Shown here: one piece after another, positions 23,961 through 36,270 of the stretch
Numbering within the stretch: position 1 is the first letter of the stretch
Layout of the letters: every line of letters begins with the position of its first letter
Source of the DNA: Octopus bimaculoides
Lineage: Eukaryota
Assembly (NCBI RefSeq): GCF_001194135.2
Contig: NC_068989.1
Span: forward strand, 49,734,121-49,793,548
DNA: 59,428 nt
Direction: 5' to 3'
Notes under the pieces: generated by a model
Told to the model about the DNA's origin: nothing
Seen by the model: only the letters and a program-made list of their open reading frames with translations
The model's database searches: none
Translations under genes and position numbers: made by a program

Positions 23961-24149
23961 AAAGCATTTTGTAATAGCAGTGTAGGTTCTCTTTCCACAT
24001 CACTTCATTCCTCAGTTTACACCTTGAACTTCAGGGACTTACAGTTTTGTGGCACTACATGGTTCACTATATTTGTCCCTTGACAATCCTGCAGCTCCCT
24101 CATTCCTGCCATTCTGTTATTGCATTACTAACTCACCACCATTCAATAC

Positions 24150-24420
24150 AGGAGTTTTAATCTTAATTGACAATTAACAAGTCCCTTAACCCCATGGGGG
24201 TTGTTGGGGCACTGCAGCCATGCAGTGTATCCAGGGTGACAAAGCCTGGTGGAGCCCATCCCTTTCCAGGTTAAACTCATTTCTACAGCTGAGTGGACTG
24301 CAGCAACCTGAAATGAAGTGTTTTGCTCAAGAACACAACGGATCACTCAGTCGAGGGATTGAAACCACCATCTTACAATTGTGAGTCCCAGCATCCTAAC
24401 CACTAAGCCATGCACTTCCA
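24150..24420 (-). mobile_element. SINE family D (tRNA head, CORE-like segment, tail type 2)
   Basis: Minus strand: gcatggcttagtggttagg..ggtttcaatcc..ttcttgagcaaaacacttcatttc..ccactcagctgtagaaatgag, then a tail unlike the other copies. Confidence 0.7.
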
Positions 24421-25224
24421 CACTTTTAATTAACCTAACTAATTAACAAATAATCTCTTTGTTCTTTTTAATACTTAATCCTGCTAAAATTTTATTTTAT
24501 TTTATTTGTCCATTTATTCCAACAAACTTTGTGTTTTCGTTTTTGTTTACATTTCATTCAATGTTTTAAATGTTCTTACCTTTATATTTTCCATTCATTC
24601 TCCTCCTTCTATTGCTCAACATATGTGGTCAAGGGTTACTGATATATGCTTTGTTATGTGTCTATTGTCTGTCAGCTCATTTTTAACAGGCTCCAGTGGA
24701 ATGCATATGAAATAACAATTGTTCACGACAATTTTATTATCTCCATCATTATTACCACAACAATCCTCATGGGTACGCCCTGGAATTTAATTGCCACTGA
24801 CTTCTCACTTCACCTACCATACTCCTCCACTCCAAATTATTATCGTCTTTTCACCCTCATGTTTATTTATTCATTCATTTATTTATTTATTTATTCTTTT
24901 CTCATCACCATTATTACTGTTGCTATCATCATCATCATCATCATCGTCGTCGTCGTTGTCGTCATCATTGTCACTACCACCATCATTATTACTAGTGTTT
25001 TCTTCTTAAAGGTCTTAGTAATAGTACAATGTTTATCGTCATCATCATCATCATTGTTCAACTTTTGGTAGTTTCAGGGAAATTTCTACTGCATCCCCTG
25101 TTACACTTTTGGGTTGCTGGTGTGTGTGTAGCATTGTATTGTTCTTTTTTTGCTGTTGGGGGAATGCAAACACTTCCTGGTACTGTTTTGCATCAATTTG
25201 TATGGAGGGATCAAAAACGTGACA

Positions 25225-25385
25225 GCTGAAAACAACATCTGTACCTGTGATCATTTGAACTTTGGGAATAATACTAAATGGTGCTCTTAAACACTGTGGC
25301 CAAATACCAGAAAACTCAAAAGTGTCAGAACTACAAAATAAATTGTCCCTGTAGTACTGCGTACATATTAAGAAAAACATGGTGA
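25225..25385 (+). mobile_element. R4/Dong C-terminal fragment
   Basis: LKTTSVPVII*TLGII..GA..HCGQIPENSKVSELQ aligns with LKTKTIPVVISALRMI..ADCYLDQIPGNPKMAEIQ of the 22146 ORF. Confidence 0.55.
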
Positions 25386-25713
25386 ACCTAAAAATACCCG
25401 ATTTTCTTAAAAGTCTTTTGAAATATTACAAATTCTACAAATATTATGAATATTACAAATTTAACAAAATCATAATTCTCAATATTTGGTCTCCTTCCTC
25501 TATAATATATCGTTGCTAATCATAAATAACAACAACAATAAAACATCCAGCTTTCTGTTATTTGAAATCTCTTGGTGTGACTTGGGACAGGTCATGTAAA
25601 ACAAAGCAGCAACAACAACAAAAGCCAAAAGCCTTGATGCAGTACCAGACAATGGCTCTCATGGTTTCTGATCATCATCCTCGTCGTCATCGTCATCATC
25701 ATTGTCATCGGAT

Positions 25714-26465
25714 TGTGTAGTGTATTATACTATTGTGTAGTGAACTATACCACTGTTTAGTGACTTATAGCACTGTGTAGTGAATTACGCCACTGTATAG
25801 TGTATCATACCATTGTTTAGTGAATTATACCACTGTGTAGTGTATTATACCATTGTATAGTGTATCATACCACTGTTTAGTAAATTATACCACTGTTGTT
25901 GTACCATTGTGACTGTTTTGTAGAGAATTATACCACTGTGTAATGACTTGCCCTATTCTGCAGTGTATCATGTGGAGGTGCACGGCTTAGTGATTATTGT
26001 ATTGCACTTATTATCATAAGATTGTGGCTTTGATTCCTGGACTGAGAAACGCCTTGTCTTTTTGAGTGGAACACTTTATTTCATGTTGCTTCAGTTCACT
26101 CAGTAGGCAAAAAATGAGTAATCTTGAGAGGTACCACTTGGGAGTATTTATGCAAATGAACCTGGGAAACTGACCTTATGAGACAATGATTCTGGAAGGA
26201 CCTTTGATGTTTTTTGTTGTAGTGTGATATACCACTGTACTGTGAATTATGTGAATTATACCACTGTGTAGTGAATTATAGCAAAGCAGAGTGAATTATA
26301 TCACTAGGTTGTCTATTAATTATACCGTTCTAGAGTGAATTATAATACCGTGTTGTGAATTACATTGCTGTGTAGTATATTATCCCATTGTATGATGAAT
26401 TATAACACTGTGTAGTTAATTAGATCCCTGTGTAGTAAATTATACAACTTTGTAGTGAATTACAC
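25714..26465. repeat. 20-bp minisatellite (TGTGTAGTGAATTATACCAC) split by a SINE
   Basis: About 12 degenerate units at 25714-25970 and about 12 at 26215-26465. Confidence 0.9.
25975..26205 (+). mobile_element. SINE family D (tail type 3) inserted in the minisatellite
   Basis: ggaggtgcacggcttagtg..ttgattcc..ttttgagtggaacactttatttcatgttgcttcagttcactcag..aaaaatgagta. Confidence 0.7.
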
Positions 26466-26728
26466 AAATATGCAGTTAAAGAAATTAGGCCATTGAGTTG
26501 TATGCATCATTGCCAAGGATATATCATGCTGTCGGCAGTAAGATACGAACTGCCAACACTCTGTCTGACTCTCAATTAGCCCTGCTCTCATATTTTTTAG
26601 CAAAATAAATTTATTTATCTATTTACTTATAATAAAGACTTTTATCTTCTATTAAAAACTTGGCTGAAGTATTTGCCAAATCTTTCATTTATTACTCAAT
26701 TTGTTAGATTAATCTTTTACTACTCCAG

Positions 26729-26740
26729 GCTATTCCTTGA
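26729..26740 (+). other. Candidate 12-nt micro-exon
   Basis: gattaatcttttactactccag|GCTATTCCTTGA|gtaaag; frame-preserving length. Confidence 0.25.
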
Positions 26741-27169
26741 GTAAAGTTTGTTATATATTACAAAGAGATATTTGAGAATTTAATCAGATTCTATACATAA
26801 TTTTATGAGTTTGCCATAAGTTATCTGAAATTGATTAAAAGTATTCTGATACCATTTTATGATTTTGTTTGAGAATTATGTATATTATATCTTTCATTTT
26901 TCATTTGCCTAAGTGCATTCCATGTTTTGGATATGAAATCTATTTATTGTAGTGCTTGCATTTCTAAAGAATTCACTGACAAGTGATGAATAAAATATTT
27001 TATTCAGAATATTATTAGTCATATGTGGTATACATACATTATAAAACCTAATATTATTCTATTTATCTATGTCTCAGTACACCAGCTCTCTCTTTTCGAT
27101 CGTTAGGTTCAAGAATGAAACTGAAGTTCTTGTATTTTTAGCTTTGAATTATAATGTCTAAATTTGTCT

Positions 27170-27862
27170 GCTAAAAGCAGCAAATTGGCCAAGTTGTTAG
27201 AGTGTTTCGATGGTATACCTCATACTATTCCTAATGATTAGTGGTGCTTTGAGTTCAAATACCACTGAAGTCAACTTTGCATTTCATCTTTTGGCTATGG
27301 GATGTATGGTGTTGGTGGTTGATGGAAATGTATCATTCCTGGTTGGTGATGAGATGCCTAGCAGTATTTGTGCCAGTTCTTTGTGTTCTGAGTTCAAATA
27401 CTACCATGGCTCACTTAGGTGGTAGACTTAATTCATCACCCAATTAAGCATTATTATCTGGTCCTTGGGTGTTTTAGCAGTGTCCAATTTGTAACAAGCA
27501 TACTGGTCAAGTTTCTAGTTTGAGGATACATTTTCCCTTTATTTGCACCAGTCTTCAAGGTCTTGTAAATGGTTATGACCACTGTCTTTCCTTCTGACTA
27601 TAACATTTAAAAAAAAGCATCATTTATTTTATGAAGATTGACCTTGTAGCCAGAAAAGAGTGGAACTTTTTACCATTATATTTGCTTGATTTGATTGGAT
27701 TTACCATAATTGTTGTTCTGTGGCTCTGTGGTGAACAAGTTCACTTTGCAACTGTATAGTTCAGTCCCACTGCACAGTACCTTAGAACAACTGTCTTCTA
27801 TGGCCTCTGGCCAACCAATGCCTTGTGAGTGAATTTGGTAGACAGAAACTGCATGAAGCCTG

Positions 27863-27870
<8 letters not shown>
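27170..27870 (+). mobile_element. SINE family B fragments (27170-27420) and SINE family A 5' half (27700-27870)
   Basis: gagttcaaataccactgaagtcaactttgcatttcatc; ggctctgtggtgaacaag..gttcagtcccactgc..gaatttggtagacagaaactg. Confidence 0.65.
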
Positions 27871-27945
<75 letters not shown>

Positions 27946-28140
27946 AGTCACAATATATGGATTCAAGCAATCTGGTAGTACTCATAAAAAAGCTCCTTAA
28001 TGATTCATTCTATGAAATATTAAATATCTAGAAACGTTACATCTAGGATCTACTATTTAATGATGACTTTCTTTCATTTGAGGGTGTAGCTTAAATTCTA
28101 CGTCATTTTGAATGGGTTTTTGCATTTTGCATTATTGCAG

Positions 28141-28144
28141 GCAT
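28141..28144 (+). other. Candidate 4-nt micro-exon
   Basis: gggtttttgcattttgcattattgcag|GCAT|gtaagt: TGC motifs in the pyrimidine tract, consensus donor. Confidence 0.3.
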
Positions 28145-28408
28145 GTAAGTAATTTATTTATTATTTAATATAATAATATAAATTATTTACATGTTTTTAA
28201 GTTATGAAATAATTTGTCATGATAGAATTTTCATATGGTTAAATAAAATTTCATCAAACTATTTCCCTGCCGTTTGTTACTTTATAAATATATACACATT
28301 CATACACCCCAGACGCACATATATACTTTTTTGTGATTTAAGACCATTGGTTTCATGCTAAGAGAGAAATCTCTCAACAATTATCAAACCTGCAACATGG
28401 AATACTGA

Positions 28409-28703
28409 TGTTCGTCTCTGTTATGATAAGAGTCACGACGCTCACTTACAAAAAATAGACTGGATAATAGCGGTTGGAGTGAAGTTTGTGTGTTAGTTTG
28501 CTTTGAGTTCACAATGAAGTCGGAAGGTGTTAGCTGGTTAGTTCATTTGGAATATAGATTTTGGTTCGCGAAGAAATTGTGTGATCGTTACGTTGTTATT
28601 ACCGCTGATCGTTATTTTGTTTACTGCGACTACACTGGTACAGTATATCTAAACCATCTCTCCCTATATTGTGGCGGTACGATGACATTTGGAGACGGAG
28701 GAT
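28409..28703 (+). repeat. Probable 5' LTR (TG..CA, ~28409/28419-28687) and primer-binding site
   Basis: TGTT...GACA followed directly by TTTGGAGACGGAGGAT, like TGGCGACGAGG-type PBSs; no second LTR in the window. Confidence 0.55.
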
Positions 28704-30421
28704 AGAACATCTGGTGACGAGGGTTTTGAATTTCACGTAGGTTATTTAACAATCCGTTCATGCTACAACTTGTTAAATGATAGAAGACCAATTAGCTTCT
28801 ATAATACGGTTGCAAAAGTAACAACAAGAACAGCAACAGGAGTTGCAGAAGTAACTAGTACAGCAACAACTATTGGTGCTATACGCAAAGAAGTCTGAAA
28901 ATGTGGTAAGTTCGTTTTCGCCAGAATTCAGTTATAACCCAGAGGAGGGTATAATTTTTTCAGCATACTACAGAAGGTACAAAGAGATTTTTAAGGAAGA
29001 TTGCAAAACATGGTCGGACAAAGAAAAAGTAAGGTTATTATTATGTAAATTAGCTCCGTTCGAGCATGAATGATACTGTAATTTCATATTGCTCAAAAAG
29101 CATAGTGAAATCTGTTTTCGGGAAACAATCAAATTACTGTCTAACATGTTCGGTGATAAAACTTCTCTATTTAACACTCGAATGGAGTGTTGAAGTTTAA
29201 CTAAAAAAGAGGATGATGACCTTATTACATGTGCAAGAACAGTCAACAGAATATGTGAAAGTTTTAAACTTAAAGAACTTACTCCTGAGATAGTTAAGTG
29301 TCTCATTTTTCTTCAAGGCCTTACAGCAAATGAAAATACAGAAATACGGGCAAGAATTCTTTCAAAACTTAAACAAGTGAACCAAGATTTAACCCTGCAG
29401 ACTGTTGCAGAAGAGTGTCAAAGGATGATGAACCTGAAAGAAAACGTAAGAAAAATTCAAGAAAAGGATTCCGCAAAAATGCAGATGTGTCAACTGAAAA
29501 AAGTATAACCAAAGAAGATTGTTAGGTCCTAATCCATGTTATGGATGTGGAGTCCTACATTTCAGAAAAGATTGTTCATTTAAAAACCAAAAATGTTACC
29601 GTTGTCAAAACTTTGGACACAAGAGTTCACACTAAAGAACAAAAGTACGAACGTCAAATGCAAAAAATTCTAAAGTGCTGTCAGCAGAAAGTAAAATCGA
29701 CTCCCAAATAAGGGAATTTGCACACGTAAAAGTAAACGGAGTAAATATCAAATTTGAACTGGATACTGGTGGTGACATTTCAATCATTAACATCGACACG
29801 TGGAAGAAGAAAATAGGGAATCTATGTTAAGAAAAACAACGAAAACTGCAATTGGCATGACGGGTGACAAACTACACTTTGTAGGCAAAATGTGGAATCA
29901 TTAAAAACGTGGATTACTCTAAATGGGCAGCACCTATTCTAATGAGCAGCTGTGTGCCGATTTTTCTATGGGTCTGAATGACGGTTTAAAGACATGTCAC
30001 TATCCACTTCCTATTCTCGAGAATATTATTGCAAAATTAAATGGTGGCAAAATATTCTCGAAATTGGATTTGTCTGAGGCGTATCTGCAAATAAAGGTTG
30101 ACGAGGAATGCTCAAAGCTTCTAACAGTAAATACACACAGAGGATTGTACAAATATAACAGATTGCCTTTTGGTCTGAAGGTCGCACCTGCAATATTTCA
30201 ACAAGTTATGGATGCGATGTTGGCGGACTGTCAATTCGCAATTCCACACCGGGATGATATTGATTAAAAGTAATTCGTGTGATCAGCATGTTGAGCATAT
30301 AAAAGCTGTGTTTGAAAAAAAAGAGACTACAGGTTCACTCTTAAATACTTTGGGCAGATTATTAATAAAAATGGATGACGTCCTGACTCATCGAGGACAG
30401 ATGCAATTAAAGATATGCCTC

Positions 30422-30979
30422 GGATCTTTTTTAAAACGGGGCCCACATTTTTCATTAACGAAACACTTTGAAACTTGGAACACTGGTAGAATGTGTCATA
30501 TAAAACATCTTTTTCTCTTAGTCTTCTTAAAAAAAAAGAAATCCATAAGTTATTCCATGTTAAAGTTGTATTTCTGTAATTTCAACCAATCACTGACGTC
30601 CATTCAGCCGATATACATTAAGTGCCGACTACATAAACAAACGATTCTGAAACAATTAACCCTAACCCTAACACTAAGGTTAGGGTTAAAGCAAATTTAA
30701 AATGAAAAAAGCAAATAAAACGAAGGTATGGAGATTAAATACGCTTTACATCGCTTAATCAGCCAAAGGAGTAAATATAAACAACTGAATACTTGTCAGT
30801 GATTGGTTGAAATTATCGAAATAAGACAATTTTTTACATGAAATAAATTCGAATACAAAAATATTTTTCTGTTCTATAACACAAAATAGATAAGTATACG
30901 AAGTTTGAAAGTCTTTCCGTACCAAAAACACTACGTAAAACATTAATGAAAAATGTGGCCCCCGTTTTAAAATAGATCC
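30422..30979. mobile_element. 558-bp non-autonomous DNA transposon, probably Merlin, nested in the Gypsy RT
   Basis: Perfect 8-bp TSD TATGCCTC (30414-30421, 30980-30987); ~37-bp TIRs GGATCT.TTTTAAAACGGGG.CCACATTTTTCATTAA; removing it rejoins DAIKDMPPPHNI..LQSFLGLVNYY. Confidence 0.8.
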
Positions 30980-32948
30980 TATGCCTCCCCCACATAACAT
31001 TGGACATTACAATCTTTCCTTGGGTTAGTTAATTACTATCAAAATTACACCCCTAACATGCATAAACTGAGAGCACAATTAAACGATTTACTGATGTAAA
31101 ATGGAATTGGTTAGTAAAGTGTCAAAACGCATTCGAAGAGATAAAAACGTACTAGTTTCTGATTTGTCATTAGCACATTTCGATCCTGAAATGAACATTG
31201 TCGTAGTTTCGTATGCTTTAGATTATGGAACAGGAGCAGTCTTGCTTCACAAGTATAAAGATGGAAATATGAAGCCAGTAGCTCATGCTTCACGTTCGCT
31301 GATAACAGTGGAAAAAAGTATAAACAGATAGAGAAGGGGGTTCTATCGAATATTTGTAAGGTAAAATTATTTCACAAATTTCTACACGGTAGAAGTTTTT
31401 TTGATACAAACCAACCATCGACCATTATTATCAATTTTGGGGTTAAAAGAGATTGCCTCCCATACAGCAAACCGACTACAATGCTGGGGTACAATACTGA
31501 TAAACTACAATTTTAAGATGCAGTATATTCCGTCGAAGAAAATTGGTCATGTGGACTGTTTATTGATACTAATTCCCAAGAATGTGGAACCAATAGAAGA
31601 TATTGGTGATAGCTTCATTGCAGTCAGAAAATGAAATAGAAAATATTATGTGTAATGTTATTCCATAACTGCCAGTGACTGCATGATATAAAAATGAAAT
31701 TTGCAGAGGATAATTACATTACGAGAATGAAAGAAATGCTGAGAAATAAACAAAATGAAAATACAAATTCGAATAATTTTTCACTACACGATGATTTTTT
31801 AATGTACGCGCAAAGAGTGGTAGTACCAACTGCACTACAGAAACGAGTATTGCAGGAAATCCACAGTGGAGACCTAGGAATGTCGAGAATGAAAGCACCA
31901 ATGGACAGGGACATTGGAAATTGTGTAAAATCATGTAGAATTTATCAAGTGAATGAGGTCCTCTTGAATATATGCTGACTCAAGTCATGGCAACCAGTCT
32001 AACAACCAGCATAGAAAACAGATGTAAAAAGATGATGATATATGTGTGTGTATAATAAGTTAAAAAACAAAAAATGTACAAACAAATGGGAAGCACACAG
32101 GTCACCAAATCTTCATGGGTAACTGACCAGAGGGTCAAACGCAATTTTGCACCTTCAACGGTAATGTTGAATCCCTCTAGCGGTGCTGGATGCCAGAAGC
32201 CTCTGGGAAATGACAAGCTAGGCATGGGACCAGACATGATAGAAAAGAAACAAACAAACAAGAAATAAATGACTATGCAATGTAGAAAGTGAACATATAC
32301 GTATGAGATAAGTGTAATTCAAGATGAAACAATTAGTACATGGGCAAGTGAAAAATATGAACAAATTAAAACAAATAAACAGAACACAGCCTTAAGGCCA
32401 GGCAGGAGACAAAAATAATGGTTAACGACAGGAAAATATCCTAAAGGATTAACAGAGGGAAAGTGAAATGTGATGTGAGTGGTAGATGAGAAAAAATACG
32501 GACTGGTTGTTTTGACAGTTGGTGTGAAAAGGAAGAAGAGAACACAATCACTACAGGTCACTTGTCAGTAGTAGGAGTGAGAAAAGTGGTAGAGAGCAGA
32601 GAAGAAAGGCAAAAAACAGGAACAGATAACAGCACAGAGAGTGTAGAGAAGGAAGAGGAGAAAGAGAGAGAGAAAGGAAGGAATAGACGTTGTATGAAAC
32701 TCTTACTTGTGAACTCGTCTTTGTCCCTCATCTGTCCACTAATTGTCTTGTCTTGAATCACATATTTGTATATTCTCTTTCTGCATTGTGTAGTCGTTTC
32801 TTGTTTGTTAATTTCTCATTTGGTTGTACATTTATTATGTTTTTTTTAACTTATCATTTAATGGAATGCCACATATATATTCACATGTATATACACACAC
32901 ACATGTGTATGTCATTGTGTCTGTGTCTCCCACTGCTGTTTGTGTTGT

Positions 32949-32993
<45 letters not shown>

Positions 32994-33017
32994 ATTGTAT
33001 TAGATATTAAGGTGCAA

Positions 33018-33060
<43 letters not shown>

Positions 33061-33099
33061 GTATGTATGTATGTATATGGTTTGCACCTAAATATCTAA

Positions 33100-34200
33100 T
33101 AATTATTGTAACACTCCATAACAAAGTATTTTATCACTTCTTTTAATGAATTTTTAGAGTATTATTTAGCATTAATTATCCTACTTCATTGAATATGAAG
33201 ATCTGTTTATGTTGATACTTCTCCAATTTTTATTTCTCCTTTGAAATATGAAATTACCTGTTCATTTAACAATTCAAATAACTTTATTAATTTATGAAGT
33301 GTAAGATAATTATTAGCTTAAGGTGCAAGAATCATCTTTTGTCATCTGTTTCTCTCTCGTTTTTGCTTCTGTTTCTTTTGTTAATGGCATTAAGTACTGG
33401 TTTTGCTATTACTGGTCTCTTGAAATCAATTGTAATTTATATAATACTTACTTTTAACAGAGAAGCTTTCTTTTGTCTCATTATATATTAATTTAAATGC
33501 TGATAAAACAGCAGCTGATATGGTTTTTTCTTCTTTGTGTAATATATATATAGTTTTTATGCAACAATAAATGCATATTTAATGTGTTTTGTTTCCCATT
33601 TTAGGTATTTGATACATAATGATTAGTTCTAGATTTCTTCTATTCCTAAATTCCTTTGTTCAGCATATCACATGACTTACGGTATTATTTTCTTAGTTTT
33701 TCTATGCTTTTATTGTTTTATATAAGCATCACATGCTTTATCAGATGTATCAATTTCTTTAAGGAGAATCTCTACAGAATATCTCTTGGAGATAAACTGA
33801 ATCCTTATTTGCCAATTTATCTATGGATCTACAGTGTAATCATTAAATTACTTATTCACATATCCAAATTGTATTGCATCCGCGGTGTTTCATCTTATCT
33901 TTGATGTAATTAATTCTGTAATCTTCTCTATGTAGAATCTTTTCATTTGTTTGGTTAAGTCTATTTTTGCTTTTTCCACATCTGTTTTAAGTTTAGAATA
34001 TGTTTGAAATGCATATTTTTATAGATGTAATTGTGTTCCTACACAATTTCCATTTTCTAGATGCCATTTTCTGAATATATAACTTCTTACCATCAATTTT
34101 CTTCATTAGCAGGTTTTGTTTTAGAACTCTAAATTCTTTTGTATGTGTGTAACACCATTATGTTTATGTGTCACTTTCCATTTTTAATGTTTTTGAATTA
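33100..34200 (-). mobile_element. Highly degenerate LINE (RTE-like) remnant
   Basis: Stop-riddled minus-strand translation with an EHN..YKN.HFKH....W-like endonuclease C-terminal motif. Confidence 0.3.
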
Positions 34201-34609
34201 TTTCTACAAAGAAGAGGCTGAAATCTAACTAAGAATCAAATACCCTCAGTGAAGTTTAACTAACAGAAACAGTAAAAAGTTACATTTTAAACTTTATAAA
34301 GGTTTAGCATATTTTTACTGCTCCTTCATGACTGAATTTGTAGGATATATATTACATTGTCAGTTTTTTGATTTGAAAGTAAAAGATTTTCTAAACAATT
34401 ATTGAATCACTTAGTAACATAACCAAGTGCACCAATGATTATAAGAACAAGCTTAAATATGTAATGTGGGTAGATAAGTTATACATTTTGAAGCTGTTGT
34501 CTATAAATACTCATGTTAAACTACTGTAGCTTGATGGCCTTTTCCAAAAAAATGTCTAAAAAAATACACTCCCAGGTCTGGTTTGTAAATCTGGGTTTTC
34601 AATAATCTA

Positions 34610-35886
34610 TCAAGTCATCCCATAAGTTCTGTCCGATTTTACCTTTTTTAAAATTGAATGAAATTTAATAGTATTTTAGAATGTCTAATGGAATTAAAAA
34701 TTATTTTTATGCATTTGTGTACATTTAAACTAATTAAATATTATTTTACAGAATAATAGAATTAAAATTTCTTTGATTAAAACCCTTTCTAACATGGAAA
34801 TATCCAAAGAGCATTTGAGGCACATAATGATTTATGAGTACAAAAAAGGAAACTCTGCAGCCAAAGCGACTCATAACATACACTCAGTTTATGGGAAAGA
34901 ATGCTTGAATGAAAGAACTTACAGAAGATAGTTTGCAAAATTCAGAATTGGAGATTTCAGCCTTGAAGATGAAGATCGAACAGGACGTCCAGTTGAATTT
35001 GATGATAAGCTCCTTGAGGCATTACTTGAAGAAAATCCTGCATTATCAGTTGAAGAATTGGCAATAAAGCTTACAAATTATACAACTGTTCATTGTCATC
35101 TTCAACAACTTGGAAAGGTTCCTAAACTTAGAAAATGGGTGCCTCATGAATTGTCCGAAAGCAACCACAAATCTCGAGTTGACATCTGCTCTTCTCTACA
35201 TTCTCACGAACTCATTTCACCCTTTTTGGATAGACTTGTGATTGGTAACAAAAAATGGATCTTCTATCGAAATGTTAACTGTCGTAAACAGTGGCTTGGT
35301 AAAAGGGGAAACGCTCAACCACAACCGAGAAGGGAGCTGCATGGGAAAAAGGTTCTTCTCTCTATCTGGTGGGATTGCAAAGGAGTAATTCACTTTGAAT
35401 TGTTACCATCTAATGCAACAATCAATGCTCAAGTCTACTGTCAGCAATTAGAGTGTTTGAACCAAGCTTTGAAGGAAAAAAGACCCGCTTTAGTGAGTCG
35501 AAAATGATTGAAGTTTCATCAGGACAATGCGTGATAAATTTCCCAGCCAAGCCCTTTGATCTTCTGTGATGTGATCTTTACAGTGTGGGGTCATGCATTC
35601 TCCTGACCTTGCTCCTTCAGACTACCATTTGTTTCGTAGTTTACAGAATCATTTGGGGGACATAACTTTCGCAAGCCAGGAGGAGGTTTAAACTGACATT
35701 TCAGAGTCCTTTGCTTTGAAACCAAAAGAGCTTTACATTGATGGGATTAAAAAGCTTGTAAATAGATAGAAGGAAGTCATAGATAATCATGGAAAGTACA
35801 TTGATGATTAAATTTCAATTAAATATAACATTTGATCACTTGTTTTCTTTATTCAAAATTTGGACAGAACTTATGGGATGACCTGA
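34610..35886 (+). mobile_element. Full-length mariner (DD34D) relic, 1277 bp
   Basis: TIRs TCAAGTCATCCCATAAGTTCTGTCC / GGACAGAACTTATGGGATGACCTGA flanked by TA (34608-9, 35887-8). Confidence 0.93.
34794..35811 (+). pseudogene. Mariner transposase pseudogene
   Basis: MEISKEHLRHIMIYEYKKG..GDFSLEDEDRTGRP..KWVPHEL..KKWIFY..IWWD..HQDNA..SPDLAPSDYHLFRSLQN; stops, frameshifts and an internal inversion. Confidence 0.9.
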
Positions 35887-36270
35887 TAATTTTGTTCCTG
35901 TTAAAATATATATATGATTGTTAGTGTGTCCTGAATGTCATGCTGAGTATATATATTTATATATGCATGTGTATATATCTATATGTATATATCATCATCA
36001 GCATCATTTAATGTCTGCTTTCCATGCAGGCATGGGTTGGCTGGTTTGACAGGAGCTGGTTAAGCAGAAGACCGTACACGCTTCGCCATCTATTTTGGCA
36101 TGGTTTTTATGGCTGGATGACCTCCGTAACATCAACTAAATATGTAAATATATTCTACAATGTACTAAAATACACTTCATGATAAAATTATTTTAGCATT
36201 TTCTACCTTGTCTTATTTTCCTTAAACATATTGACTCGTGTTACTTTTCTACCTTCTACATATATATATA

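Larger units (their letters stand above)
28409..31945 (+). mobile_element. Degenerate Ty3/Gypsy (Mag-like) LTR retrotransposon, 3'-truncated in the integrase
   Basis: gag FSYNPEEG..KVRLLLCKL..KCLIFLQGL..TVAEECQR; two CCHC knuckles; protease LDTG; RT YPLP..SKLDLSEAYLQI..RLPFGLKVAPAIFQ..(YL>HR)DD; RNase H; integrase zinc finger; order PR-RT-RH-IN; many stops and frameshifts. Confidence 0.92.

Noticed and set aside
25714-26465. Regularly spaced repeats that could suggest a CRISPR array
   Set aside because: The units are contiguous and degenerate without unique spacers, in a eukaryotic context with no cas genes.
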